The translations under genes were made by a program, and so were the position numbers. Under the pieces are notes generated by a model, which did no database searches, was not told the DNA's origin, and worked only from the letters and a program-made list of their open reading frames with translations. A stretch of DNA of 62,251 bases, filler included, from Sphacelaria rigidula (taxonomy: Eukaryota): NCBI GenBank assembly GCA_964200075.2. It is 5 parts of 5 records of this genome, joined end to end, with 100 filler letters (N's around TTAATTAATTAA, not from the genome) between each part and the next. Parts side by side here need not be neighbours in the genome. Positions count along the whole stretch, not along the records: positions 49,884 to 62,251 come from CAXNAA020003849.1; 4 more parts are not named here. One strand, 5' to 3'. Below, piece after piece: positions 50,734-62,251 of this stretch. Each line of letters begins with the position of its first letter. Positions within the stretch are counted from its first letter, which is position 1.

Positions 50734-52504
50734 TGAGCGGCCAACGACCGAGAACAGGCGATCTGTTTTTCGTTCACAGGAAAAGTGTGCCGAGGCGAGA
50801 CCATGCTGCTTCCGATAATCAAGTCATTCGACAAAAGAAGGCAAACAACATGCAGACTTGGTGTCCAGGTGATCGGGGTCCTTCCGTGGTCGAAATCACT
50901 GGAGTATTTCCGGGACGATCGAAGATAGAGCTTTTGGACGATGACTCATCATTTGACTTCAGACTAGAGGGAAGTCTCCGAAAAACCTGCCCCTGCAGAC
51001 CTCTTTCCCAATGTACAAGACAGAATCAAACCCACCCGAAACACAAAGTCATCAACCAGTAGCAGCGGGAGGTCAGGGGAATCGCCTGCACGCGACGGCG
51101 GCAATGCATGACGATGGCAACAGTTACCGTTCTCTCTGGCTCTTCAATAGACAGACCTTGGAACGTTCTGTGCACTGGTCTAGAGCAATGGCCATTGTAT
51201 GGTGAATGTACACAACAGCCATATGTATTAACTAGCTTCTTATTCTCATCCATTCGAACTTCTTGCAACCGGGCTTATCGTCCAAGCCATGCATCGCTGT
51301 GCGCCGAGCCCACACTGACACTTCGCCTGCAATCTGTAGTCTACGATATCCTATAACAGTATACGGGATCTCAGAACACAGTCTGCCACTGCCACTAACT
51401 TATGTCCCCTCCAGTCACGGCTGGCAGCAGTGTGATGGTGATCACAAGCCGCCAGCAACTATCGCACCCAAACTGATGGGAACAGGTTTCGGCTGGCACA
51501 TCGCTCCGCATATATACCGTATGAGTGTGTCCACACTGTAATCTTGGCTTGCACGACCACCTTGCCAAGACCGGTCACTGCTGCCCTGAAATGTGGAGGT
51601 GGGAGTCATGTTTGTCCGTGACAGTTGTGTCCAGATGGGCATATGTGGGACTCTACGCTACTACGCGGTGCGGTGCGGTGCGGTGCCACGCTGTGCCGTG
51701 CGGTGGTCGACTACTGCATTGTGTCTGCTGCACTACTGGCTGTGACCGCTGGGATATGCGTGAACTGCATCTTTTTGAGTATGCGCGTGGCTGATTTATA
51801 TGAAGAACGTCGTCTTCGCACTAACGACCAGTCAGCAGACGCCCTTTTCGTTGTCCTTGAGGGCGGGACTCAAAAGGGTTTCGGACGTTTGGTAGCTAAA
51901 TACCTCAACCGTGTAAGCTCAGGATTTTTTAAAGCGTAGATTCGATTTGTTGTAGCAGACTCGAAACGCTATGTGCAGGGCTATGTTTTCCCGGGCTCTT
52001 CTGGGTCGTCCGTGGTACACGGACCTCCACGGGGTCGACCTACGTTTCCCCCCCATCGGCGTAGTCAAGTATCTGTGTCTGGCTTACTCTGATGCACCCG
52101 CCACTTTTGCCCCTTCACGCTGAGGTAGGTCAAATGCACAACTTAAAATCACCATATGACTTTGCTTCGATGAAAATGGTACAGCTCAGTCCGCGATGAC
52201 AGGCGTATTTTATCGGACCACGAGCATGCGATCATCTCCATCACTTTGATTTCAAAATCTTCCCCAACCGGGCGTAGATGATGGTCCATACTGCAGGAGG
52301 CAGGTCAATATGGTATCAGTACTCGAACAGTCAATACTCATCCATTTACGAACTAAGCCTTGATCTCAGCAGTCCTAATTGGACTAGCCGGATGTAGCAG
52401 TGGAGCTAGCTGTTGCTAGAGCAAATATTCCGCAGGAAACTTCAGACATGATGAGAAGAGTCAACATCTTCAACTTGCGTGAACGAATCGGACTCCCGCA
52501 ACAG

Positions 52505-55500
52505 ACGTCGCTTCCGGCCACCCCGCGAACCACAGGAGTGCAACAACAGAGCCCATCAATACGCCACCACCGGTGGCACACGATACCGCTTACTACCTCA
52601 AGTGCATGTTGGGGGGGCTTGTTTCATGCGGACCAACGCACACTGCCTTCACCCCCTTGGACGTCGCTAAGTGCAACATTCAAACGGATTCGACCAAGTA
52701 TACGGGGCTACTCGGGTCTCTGAAGACTATTGTTGATGAGGAGGGCTTGGGAGGTGTGTGGAAAGGATGGCTGCCGACGTTGTTGGGGTACAGCGCGCAG
52801 GTGATGAAAAAATATTGTATTTATGTACACCGAAAATGACGATTGGATGTTTTGACTGTTGGCATCGGTTCCACGATCAGTTCGACCCGCCCAAAACCAG
52901 TGCTCTGTCTCGAAAGGGATGCATGGTCAATGTTGAAACGACCAAGGCAAGCGATACAATAATCTCCTCCGCCCCCCCTGCCCACAAACCAGTCGTCTGC
53001 TCCGTCTCGAAATGGACGCGTGGTCTATGATCAAACGACCAAGGCAAGCAACAAATTAGAACGCCCCCCGAACCAGTCCCAGCGACCACTTCGAATACGC
53101 CTCTTAGTTTTTGTTCAAGTTTTCCCGTCCATACGTTATGCATTTGACTTGACGGGATGGAGCTTAGAAATCGCAGATCGCACAGAGCTACGCTGTAGTG
53201 ATGATCTGTCGACTGCCAACGGTGGAGGGAGCTCTGAACATGCATCATTTTTGGTATACTGAAATAAACCTTGCCTCCATCCCTCCACCGTGGCGTAGAA
53301 ACTCAACATATTCAATTTTCAGTGTATTCTCATTTTACGGGCGTTTTGTTTTCTTCATGGATGTCGGAAGTGCATATAGTTACATGCGAAAGAGTAGCTC
53401 AGAGAGTACCACGCAATAAACCACGCGAGGTCCCTTGTCATGGTCATCGAAGTCTGCTTCGTCGGGGATTGGGTTTCCTCGAGCTGTGCACAAACAATCT
53501 TTTCGCTGGATTAAATGTCTAGCATTTGATCGAGAGTGAGTTCATTTTCCTCTCTAACTTGATCAATTTTTTCATTTGATGTTTGCTTTTTGCTTTTTCT
53601 CCCGGTAACAATTGCGTGTACGTACAGCTAGCTACACGTCTATATCCTAAACAGGGGTATCCGAGGCTCCGGTGGCAAGCTGCCGCAGAAAGTAGGTATG
53701 GTCGGCATGGGGCCTGGAGGCGCATTTGGCAGTAAAATTGTTTCAGGCATTCAAATCGACCATTTCTGGACTCTGGAGTTCTAGATTTCTGCTGTTTGAC
53801 ACGGCCAATGCAATGAGACCCGCATTGGGTCCATCCCATAGTTAAGGGCTTTCACTCGAGCCCAACCTCGACTGGCTTGGCGAAGAACTCCCCAAGGAAC
53901 TCCAGTTGATACATGGATTGAGTTTTCTGGCCCTTGGGGTTCTCTCTCTCTCAATCGAATGCTCAGGCACTCGATCTGGCGAAAATCTTGTCACCAGCGA
54001 ATGGTCGCTATTTTTCAAGAGAAGAATTCTCCGCCAATCTTATGTTGAGTCTGTTGTTGATGCTTCCCTTCGTTCTCTCGTGGTCATGCACTTTATCTTA
54101 TATCACCGTATCTCTCACAGACAGTTTGTAGTATGCATCAAAACCTGAGGACATGTATTTGCGAGACGGCCTGAAAAAAAAACGGCCTCATCTCATCTCT
54201 TTGCACGAAGCAAAGGCGCCACACGCCGCTTTGGTTATCGTTTCGAACCAGACTTCCGGCTTTACGCCAGCGTAGGCCATCCCACCAACCTTACGCCGCG
54301 CTGTGTGGCATGGGCGATGCTGGTGTGCCTGCGGCAGATGCCTTGAACTCTGAAGCTCCAAGCAGTGCAGAATGCACGGAAGCGGGTGTGGTGTTTTTTG
54401 TCCGTTGAAACGTTTCTGGTCTGTGACTCATGAGAGTATACGGTGGATCACATGCCAATATTCGTCGAGGCCTACCTTTGTGTTGGTACGCGGTCTATGC
54501 TGTCGTCGTACAGTATTACACATCTTGGGTGTTATGACAACAGTAACCCCACCAAATCCACGCCGTGCTCTGTGACATGAGTAGTGATACCATGCCAACG
54601 GCTGAGGTCTGAAGTACAATTGAGAAGCGCGTACGGTGGCGTGCAGAACCACCACCCTTCTGTCAATCTCACGCATTATATGTGGGGTTGTTCTTGATAT
54701 GTTGTTGTTAATGTGCGTGTGCGTGACGGCTTATTCCGGTCCAATATGTGATGAAATCATATCAATTTCACGTGGGGGTCGAAAAAAACGAAATAATTTG
54801 GGGACAAGAGTTTACCCCATGGACACGGCTCCCGAGCTGAAGCCAACTGTACGTCAGACGCGATGTTCGGGGCTAGTGTTGTTGATGCTGCTGCCTGTGC
54901 CCCATCCTCTCGCGTGCGAAGATGCCCTCATTTCCCCATCCGTTGACGGAATCGTGCAGCAAAAACATGTACCGTAGGGAACAGGGGCGCCGTAGCCACT
55001 GGGGATGACTTCAAGCTTAACTGCAAGTCCAAGTTTTAGTTCCAGTTTATGTTGTACTTCGCGACCACGTTGGCGGGGAGGCAGGGAACCGCTCGCTTGG
55101 ATTAGTACTTCCTCCATGCATTGACCCCTCACATGCTTCGCCAGATATACCGGTGTCGTCCTTGCATTGCGCGTACAGCAAAAGTACTCCCGTGGTGCAG
55201 TGCGTGGATCCCGTTTCCTCGGAATCCAATACCGCCGGATCGGTGCAACGACGCTTACACTATTGGTGATCATTGCAGGGCGTGTTCAAGTTTGGACTGT
55301 ACGAGGTGTTCAAGGATCTCTACGGCGCCCTTGCCGGTACGTACCGCGTCGTCACGCGTCCGACCACAATAGCCGGGGTGACACTGTTATGAAGGAATCG
55401 GCTCGATGACTTTGCGTGTTGGAGTGAATCAAGATCTGACCCGAAGCTCTTTTGCGGAAATGTGAGCGCAGAATGCAGTGAAATCCCACCCTAGAGCTAC

Positions 55501-58500
55501 ATACCTGCCGCGCTCATGTACACGAAACCTTTGGAGTGGATCCTTGCCTGAAACCCGTGAGTGCAAAGCCGTACGTCTTGAAAGCACTGCGGCACAAGCA
55601 GGCGAGCTGCGGCTGCAAGTTCTATCCGGATGCTTTTAGCCTTGCTTGCTTGGTGAGTTCGGCCGTCTGGTGTCCGATCTTTCTCGCCGGAGAGCAAAAC
55701 TTTATGCTGCTCGGTGTGAGTGCGGTCCTCATGTGTATCCCGTGTATGCCTTCTGTGATGGATCACATTCTTGTCATCTACGCTCGCATCAAACAATTGT
55801 ACGGTTGTATTGCCAACGAGAGCGGTAAGATTAGTGGACAAAACTCCACGATCCTACCAGCACGTAAAAACTGCGTCAGGGCTCATTTCTCCTTGCTGCG
55901 GAAAGAAAGTTGCCATTTCATGTGGGATCGAAAGTCTGGGTTGTGTTCGGGGGTATTCTAGTACCTCGAGTCTTTTGCCATCTTCAGTTGTGGCCTCACA
56001 GAACACGTTAACACTGTTGTTCCGCATCCCCTATATTGATTTCGTGCTCGTCAATGCTTCGCGAACCAAATCGAACGAACTGATCAGGCGAGGAGGCGGC
56101 ATTTTTATATCGCGGGGCAGTTTTTCTCCTCGCGGCAGCCTCCGCCGAGTTTTTCGCAGATATTGCCCTCTGCCCGATGGAGATGGTCAAGGTCAAGGTA
56201 TGACGACGTAGGCGAAACGTTCGTATCGTTGATTTCACGAGTCGGGCAGGATATCCTCGTGCGCGAGGATTGTGCATCAGATGCTCGAGCACCTGACCTG
56301 TAGGTACTGTACACAGGTCAGTCCAATGTTGCTGAACATGTGGGAATTTTGCGCTGGCGGTCCCATATTGAGTTTGCTGTTCCGGTTTCCAAAATACGTC
56401 CCTGGCCGTGCTATTTTCTGTGTGTCCGAACTCGGTTTTATGCTCACACATGGCGATATGTCTTCGGCAGGTTCAGACTGCGAGTCGGCGAACATTTCCT
56501 ACCGACTTTGAGTCGGCGTTGTCGGCAATGTGGGACAGCAGACAATCGACAGGGTTCCCGTTCGGCTCGTTGGTTCCGCTCTGGTCCAGGCAGATCCCTT
56601 ACACGATGACCAAGTTCTACTTCTTCGAGAAGGTGTGCAGCCGTGGACAGGCTTTTGTGTGATTCTTGCGAGACGGAGTAGAAGACCTTGAAAATGCCCT
56701 AGACACGCGCACTAGGGCTTTGCTCTCGGCGCAGCACGATGACTGCCGTTTTCACTGGGGATGGGATTTTTTTCCCTGGCAATTCTTCTGTTTGTCGTGC
56801 TTTGAACCCGCCGCCTGCCTCACGCATCAATTTCTTCAAATGATCAACTTATCTCTCGCTCTGCACGCGGCTTGCAGCTTGCCATTCGAGCGGTTGATAA
56901 ACAACGCCATAGCCCGTCAATTTCCATCGAGTGTTTTTTTGTCTTTCGCCGAGTCGCATCCTCGCGTTCTAACGATGGAAAGCAGACAGACGCTACTGTA
57001 AAGATTCGAACATACACCATACGCCCGCACTGGTGTTTGTGTCCTGGTTCGACCGCCGGGGCGAAGTAGTGTTCCTACGGCTCGATGATGCACTGCGTGA
57101 AAAATATATCTCAAGGATTCCAAAGCTACGTGAAAAATCAATTAGTGTTGGGATAGTCATAGAAAGGACCCTTGCCTCCCCCCGGAAGAACACGTGCTAC
57201 AATGAATCACGGATGGAAAGTGTTGATAACAACGATGGTTCATATAAGATGTCTCTTCGAGCACACATCCCCATCTCACGCCATAGCGGACTCTTGGCAA
57301 ATGGGACACTTTGACCCTCTCTTCATGTTGAGCAGTACGTGGCGTGTCGCAGATCGCTACACCGCCTTCCGGACCGATTTCTAAGGGTTGGCTGCGCGGT
57401 AATGGACGGTCGGCTTGTCTCTCTCATACATTTTTCTCTCCCTCCTGCAGTCCTCGTACGCTTCCGTTGGTTCTGACCCACGGTGTGTGCACCTCGTGGT
57501 CGCACTGGGACCCTGCTCGTCGTCGAAGTTGTCGTGCTACCGACTGTACTGATCACTCCGTCAACCTGCGATAATGCTGTCGATATATATCGTTTTCTGA
57601 CAGGCTAAACTACTGTGCCTGTTGGGTTGTACGCTCGTTAGTATCGGGTTCTCCGCCTTGACGTGGATAACACGAAGCGTTGTAGCCGTCGCACCTTTGT
57701 TTTTACATGTTCTAATCCGCTATACGGGCGTGGGCTCATGTTGCGAAGTACTGCCGTAATTGATGTTGTCCGCAGGGGTACCGTATGCGACAATCTTACA
57801 AACATCAATGAAATGCGACGGTATGATCTTATCCTGATAGCTCCCACGTACCACGTCTATTCTGTTGTACTGTCGATGGTGGCAATTCCATCATTTTTGC
57901 ACGACTAACCCCTATATATGTACATTGATATATAATGTATTTTTCCTCCATACTGTGTCCGAACCGCTCGTGTCTTGTGGCCCACTTGATGTTACCGTCG
58001 CCTACGTTTGTGGCGCTACGCACTGACACTGTAATAAGGGTCGGGTAGCCGCTGCGTCTGAGAGAGTTGGGCTAAAGCCCGAAACCGCTGCGGCATGTTA
58101 AAACCAGTATGGTGGCAAAAACGTGCTACTGATTTATGTGAATCACAGTGGATATCCCGAGTTACGCAGCACCTGGTCGCATTGTCATCACCTATCCGAT
58201 TCCACAAAGGGTCTGGTGTATCGCGGCTGACTTCACGGCCCCTAGCTTGTGGTATAACATTACGTTGTATTTTCAATGGGTCTCTAACCCACCATTTGGC
58301 TGAGCTAGTACAATGTTGTGTGTTTGTGTTGTGCTTCATTCTGCCTCAAACTACGCATGATTCGCCGTATTCATGTGGATCGCACGTCATGCTCGCTTGG
58401 CGCTACATTGTGCGCTGCGTACTCATGGTACACCGCTGTCTACCCTGTCGAAGATCGTTGAAGTGCTGTACGCGACAGTCTTGACGGAGCCAAGGGCATC

Positions 58501-60250
58501 GTACGGCACGGGTCCACAATTGGCAGTCACGTTTGCAGCGGGATACCTGGCGGGCGTGATTTGCGCCGTGGTCTCAAACCCTGCAGATACCGTCGTTTCC
58601 AAGGTACGGCAGGAACGAAACACTTGCATACCCTCTTCTGTCGGTTGAAGCGTTCAGGGACTGTGTCTGTTCCAGCGGTGAAGATGTTTTGCTGTTGTAG
58701 AACGATGCCGTGCCTTACGTTGGCTATCATTCTCGCTCCGCTGTCGGTATTTCGATGTTCGCATATTAACGATATACTGGTGTCGTACTTGATCACTACC
58801 CGCCCATTTATGATCATTTCAAAATCAAGTCCCGTCTGGATCGACTATTGGAGCAAGGAAGTGTGGGGATCGAAGTAGCAAGGTGACCGTCCGAATATCT
58901 ACATCGAATAATCGGCTTCGCCCGACTGAATGAAAAGCCCAAAATTCGAAATCACCTCCTATTTGGTCGAGTGTTTTGTATATCGATGGTGTATTCACGC
59001 CGGTACTTCATGCATTTCTACTTCAAGTAGTAGTGTAGCCTGGCTTCTTGTTTTGTTTTCTCGGGTAAACGTTCGCACGATTTAATTCTCTCGTCAGATG
59101 GGAATCGAGGGCAGCAGTCCCGGTCAGATTTTCTCGCAGCTCGGCTTGAAGGGCGCGTTCAGCGGACTTGGGACTCGCATGCTGGTCGTTGGGACCCTGA
59201 CGGGTGAGCTTGTCACCATCTCGCTTTGTCGCGGCTACAGACGGCGGGAGAGTATGACGGGATGCTGTTGCTGTATGTCTCTCGTAAACTAGTCTCGGGC
59301 GGGGATTCTCAGGCATGGGAGCAAGTTACACATATTCGATAAGTTACCAGACCCTGCACAACCGGCGTACAAATTTACTCGCCGTTTCCTAGGCATGCGG
59401 TCTATCAAAGGTAGACAGGGGTAGATGCGTATGTGGGTCCGAGGGCAACTTTCAACAGGACCCATGCTTTTTCCTCCTTCACAATGTCAATTCACCCCCT
59501 TCTTCGGGACGAAACCGCAGATTCCAGGAACCTACCCACTTGTTCCCCGGTACCTGCCTTACATTTTGGTATCGCGGAATGAATCAGCACTCCCTCACGG
59601 TGTCGACTCTCGCCAAATGACTACCCACGGCCTTGAGATTTTAGTGCTGGAAATCAGATACTTTTTCGGAAAAAACCTGAATCAATATCTGCAGGCATTC
59701 GAATCCGCAATGTTCCCTCCTACTCGTTTCAGTTTTTTCATTTTAATTCAGACCACCGGGCCGCGGAGGCCTGATTCAGGATGGATCGAACATTCAGCAT
59801 CGCTGATGTCATCGTACCAAGTTGCTTCGGGACCGACTCGCACACCTATGGTTGCGACAATCACACCCCTTCCACCGGTTTTCCTGGAGTGTATTACCTA
59901 TGTTCGATTACGTTCGTTCTTCTGGGGAGTTGATGGGATGCTTTCGAGAAAGATCTCATGATCTGCTACGCCCTTCTAGTTACGAGAAACAATTAAGGAC
60001 CGGAATCCTTACATGAAATACTATCTTCACGATGTTGGTAGCAGTGTTCGTCTAGCTGAGGTCGATCTGATTCAGTAGGGATAGTACAGTTTGGGTCTCT
60101 CTAATCTGCATGCTACCGCTGCGCGACTTTTTCCCATCGCGTGCTGCTTCGCTCATTTGTGCGTGTGGTGTGTGCTCGCATGCAGGCCTCCAGTGGTGGA
60201 TTTATGACACCTTTAAAACGGTTCTTGGCATGGGTACCACGGGAGGCTGA
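52505..60250 (+). CDS. SLC25A3: Mitochondrial phosphate carrier (SLC25A3/PiC/MIR1 family); 5'-most exon(s) not found
   Basis: Exons ~52505-52800, 55279-55336, 56088-56197, 56471-56632, 58454-58603, 59098-59203, 60186-60250, GT-AG and phase-consistent. Motifs: GGLVSCGPTH..TPLDVAKC, KGWLPTLLGYSAQ-GVFKFGLYEVFK, SAEFFADIALCPMEMVKVK, PLWSRQIPYTMTKF, AGYLAGVICAVVSNPADT, GLGTRMLVVGTLT-GLQWWIYDTFK. Confidence 0.93.
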
Positions 60251-61024
60251 TCGATTGCTTTTGCGGCTTACACACCACGTTGTCGGCATGCTGTTTTGCC
60301 GCAATATTATGAGGGTGCCTTCTCGCCCGCGCCCTCTCCCTCTCCTGGCACGCCCGGTGGGCGGGAGATGAGGCAATCACTACTGAAGCGTGAAGTTTGT
60401 GGGTACGATTAAAACACGTGCAGGAGCTTGCCCTCATCAATTAAACTTTTGGGTACTTCAGGCCTGTTCTTTCGCATTCGGACGGAGCTCCGTGCAAACG
60501 TTGCTGCTGGTCACAGGTCAGCAAAATTTAAACATCTGTGAAGTCGACAACATTGTCTTCTCCAGATGAAAACTGGCGGGGGGCAGGGGTTGTACCCATG
60601 ATCTTGCATGCCATAGTCATGAGAGTATTGGTCGGGTAGGGAGGGAGAGGGTGGGAGAGGGGGGGCAGTGGCACCCAGCGTACACGAGATGAACCATGTG
60701 TTTGACCTTGATTAAACTACGTAAATCCACGGCATCATTCGGGAGGAGAGATGGGTGATGATGTACAGCGGCGGTCGGGTGTAAGTCGCTGCCTACCTGC
60801 GATGTCGCAGTGGTACTCTTCTGGCATTGTCAACTCGCTTTGGCTCCTTTTTGGGTAAACTTCACAACGTAGGCGTGGGAGAGCCTTTTCGATCGCATTA
60901 GTGTGTAAATGCTTCTTCGAATTCGCCCCCATTCGTGAGCCTCGCAATGATCATAGCGTACGCATCATCATTTCCGATCTTACATCTCTTGTTGAAGCGT
61001 TTCATAGTCGTTCATCATCATCCT

Positions 61025-61216
61025 CATATCCATCTGGGACATGAATCTTAACCGTTGTGCCTCGGGGGATGTCCATCTGAGGTATGGAGATCGATGTGGG
61101 ACAGCCATCTGGAATGTTCATGTCCCGATGGACGTCCATCGGGAACGTCCACATAGGATGTCCATATCCCAGGATTTCCATGTCCCACATGGATGTTCAT
61201 GTCCCGGATGGACATT
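61025..61216. repeat. Short-unit, partly palindromic repeat (GGATGTCCAT/ATGTCCC), MITE-like
   Basis: Ends ATATCCATCTGGGACATGAA and TTCATGTCCCGGATGGACAT are near reverse complements. Internal GGATGT(T/C)CAT units. Confidence 0.55.
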
Positions 61217-62179
61217 CCGGATAGAAATTGGTGCCCCAGGTGGATCGAGGGGGCTGGTGCCCACAGTCCCCCGGAGCACATGTCATGATTCCTGTTTTCG
61301 CCTGCAAAACGCTCGCGGGAGGAGGATGTAATGAGGCGGCGTCTGCGCCTGAGAATTTCGGCAGCTGAAGATTAAGTGCTGAACTCTTACCCCAACAACA
61401 CCTATATTCTGAAACCCTCTTGAACCGTATAGGCGCTTTACGCAGGATACTACGTCATAATCCTCAAGATCTGGAAGTAGATTGGGTCCATGTCAGTGAA
61501 AAAAGAATAAAGATGTGTCGCTTCAGTTACGTGAGTCACCCCGTGATCGATTGACTGTCAGAAGCTGATCTCAGCTCACAGTGCGAATCCCACGCCACCC
61601 GATGAATGTATGTGTGGGCAGGGAGGATATATCGTGAGCTCTCCCATGTTTTCTGAGCAGCTATAGTCTTTTATGACTTGCGAGAATCGAGGTCGCGTTA
61701 GCAAACGACAGGCGACAGGAGAAACACCGGACCTACCTCAGATGAAAAATCATCAATGGTCCTATTTCGGTCACCTTCATGCTGAGCTCAGCTCACGGTA
61801 CAAATCTTGCGCCATTGGGTGCATCTCTGTGTGGGAAAAATTAATTAATGACCTCTTCTGTGTCTTTTGGGCAGTTATTGTCTCCTGCAGTGTGCGAAAG
61901 CGGTGTTGTTCCTTCAGACCACAGGAGAATCCCCGAATCTGCCGCAGATCCCAAATAAAAAAAGTGTCCAGTTTCGGTCACTTTCACACGGATGGGTCAC
62001 TCGTTGATCGATAGATTCCCGAAAGCGGATCTCAGCCGAGTGAAACCTCGCATTTCGATGTATGTTTGTTTGGACAAAATGATTTATGAGCTCTCTTTTG
62101 TCCTTTGAGTAGCTATCAATCGTTGAGCCGGACCCGAGGCGGCCACCTTCCCTCAGGTCTTGAGAGCCGTTCAAGTTGT

Positions 62180-62251
62180 GAGTCATCCTACGATAGGGGG
62201 GGGGTATTTGGTTGCACGAAAAAAGAGGCTCATAAGTGTGTCAGACATCCT
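62180..62251. mobile_element. Left end of the GAG-terminated MITE family (truncated by window end)
   Basis: GAGTCATCCTACGATAGGGGGGGGGTATTTGG matches 1137-1167. AGTGTGTCAGA is also shared. Confidence 0.7.

Noticed and set aside
50210..52400. Continuation of NEK kinase, or the first exon of the phosphate carrier
   Set aside because: It lies beyond a linker from NEK and has no HPNIV/HRDLK motifs. No convincing ATG exon for the carrier was found.
3763..60250. Functional cluster of mitochondrial and tRNA/protein-modification genes
   Set aside because: The genes are on separate, artificially joined scaffolds.
772..62186. Most short ORFs in the six-frame track
   Set aside because: They are antisense shadows of real exons, TE fragments or chance ORFs in introns and intergenic DNA. 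No tRNA or rRNA genes were recognised.

Overview
Eukaryotic, intron-rich DNA, probably from a brown alga or related stramenopile. That is an inference from the long GT-AG introns, a signal-peptide + ASAF plastid-targeting motif and the repeat style. The window is not one locus. It is five unrelated ~12.37-kb scaffolds joined by artificial 100-nt linkers (N44-TTAATTAATTAA-N44): 1-12372, 12473-24844, 24945-37315, 37416-49783, 49884-62251. Genes reconstructed by hand from splice sites: (1) a complete 4-exon METTL12/CSKMT-like seven-beta-strand methyltransferase with a mitochondrial-type presequence; (2) a DTW-domain tRNA aminocarboxypropyltransferase (DTWD2-like); (3) the 5' part of COG4, which needs a GC-AG intron; (4) the first exon of a divergently transcribed, probably plastid-targeted gene; (5) the first exon of a NIMA/NEK kinase; (6) a mitochondrial phosphate carrier (7 coding exons found). 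Mobile DNA is abundant: a decayed APE-RT LINE, a decayed Ty1/copia element, and several non-autonomous TIR elements (hAT-like, Tc1/mariner-like, piggyBac-like, GAG-terminated, foldback). One TIR element carries a higher-order tandem array that only superficially resembles CRISPR. I found no convincing novel multi-gene system. The best leads are the METTL12-like gene, the repeat-array TIR element and a few unidentified degraded reading frames.
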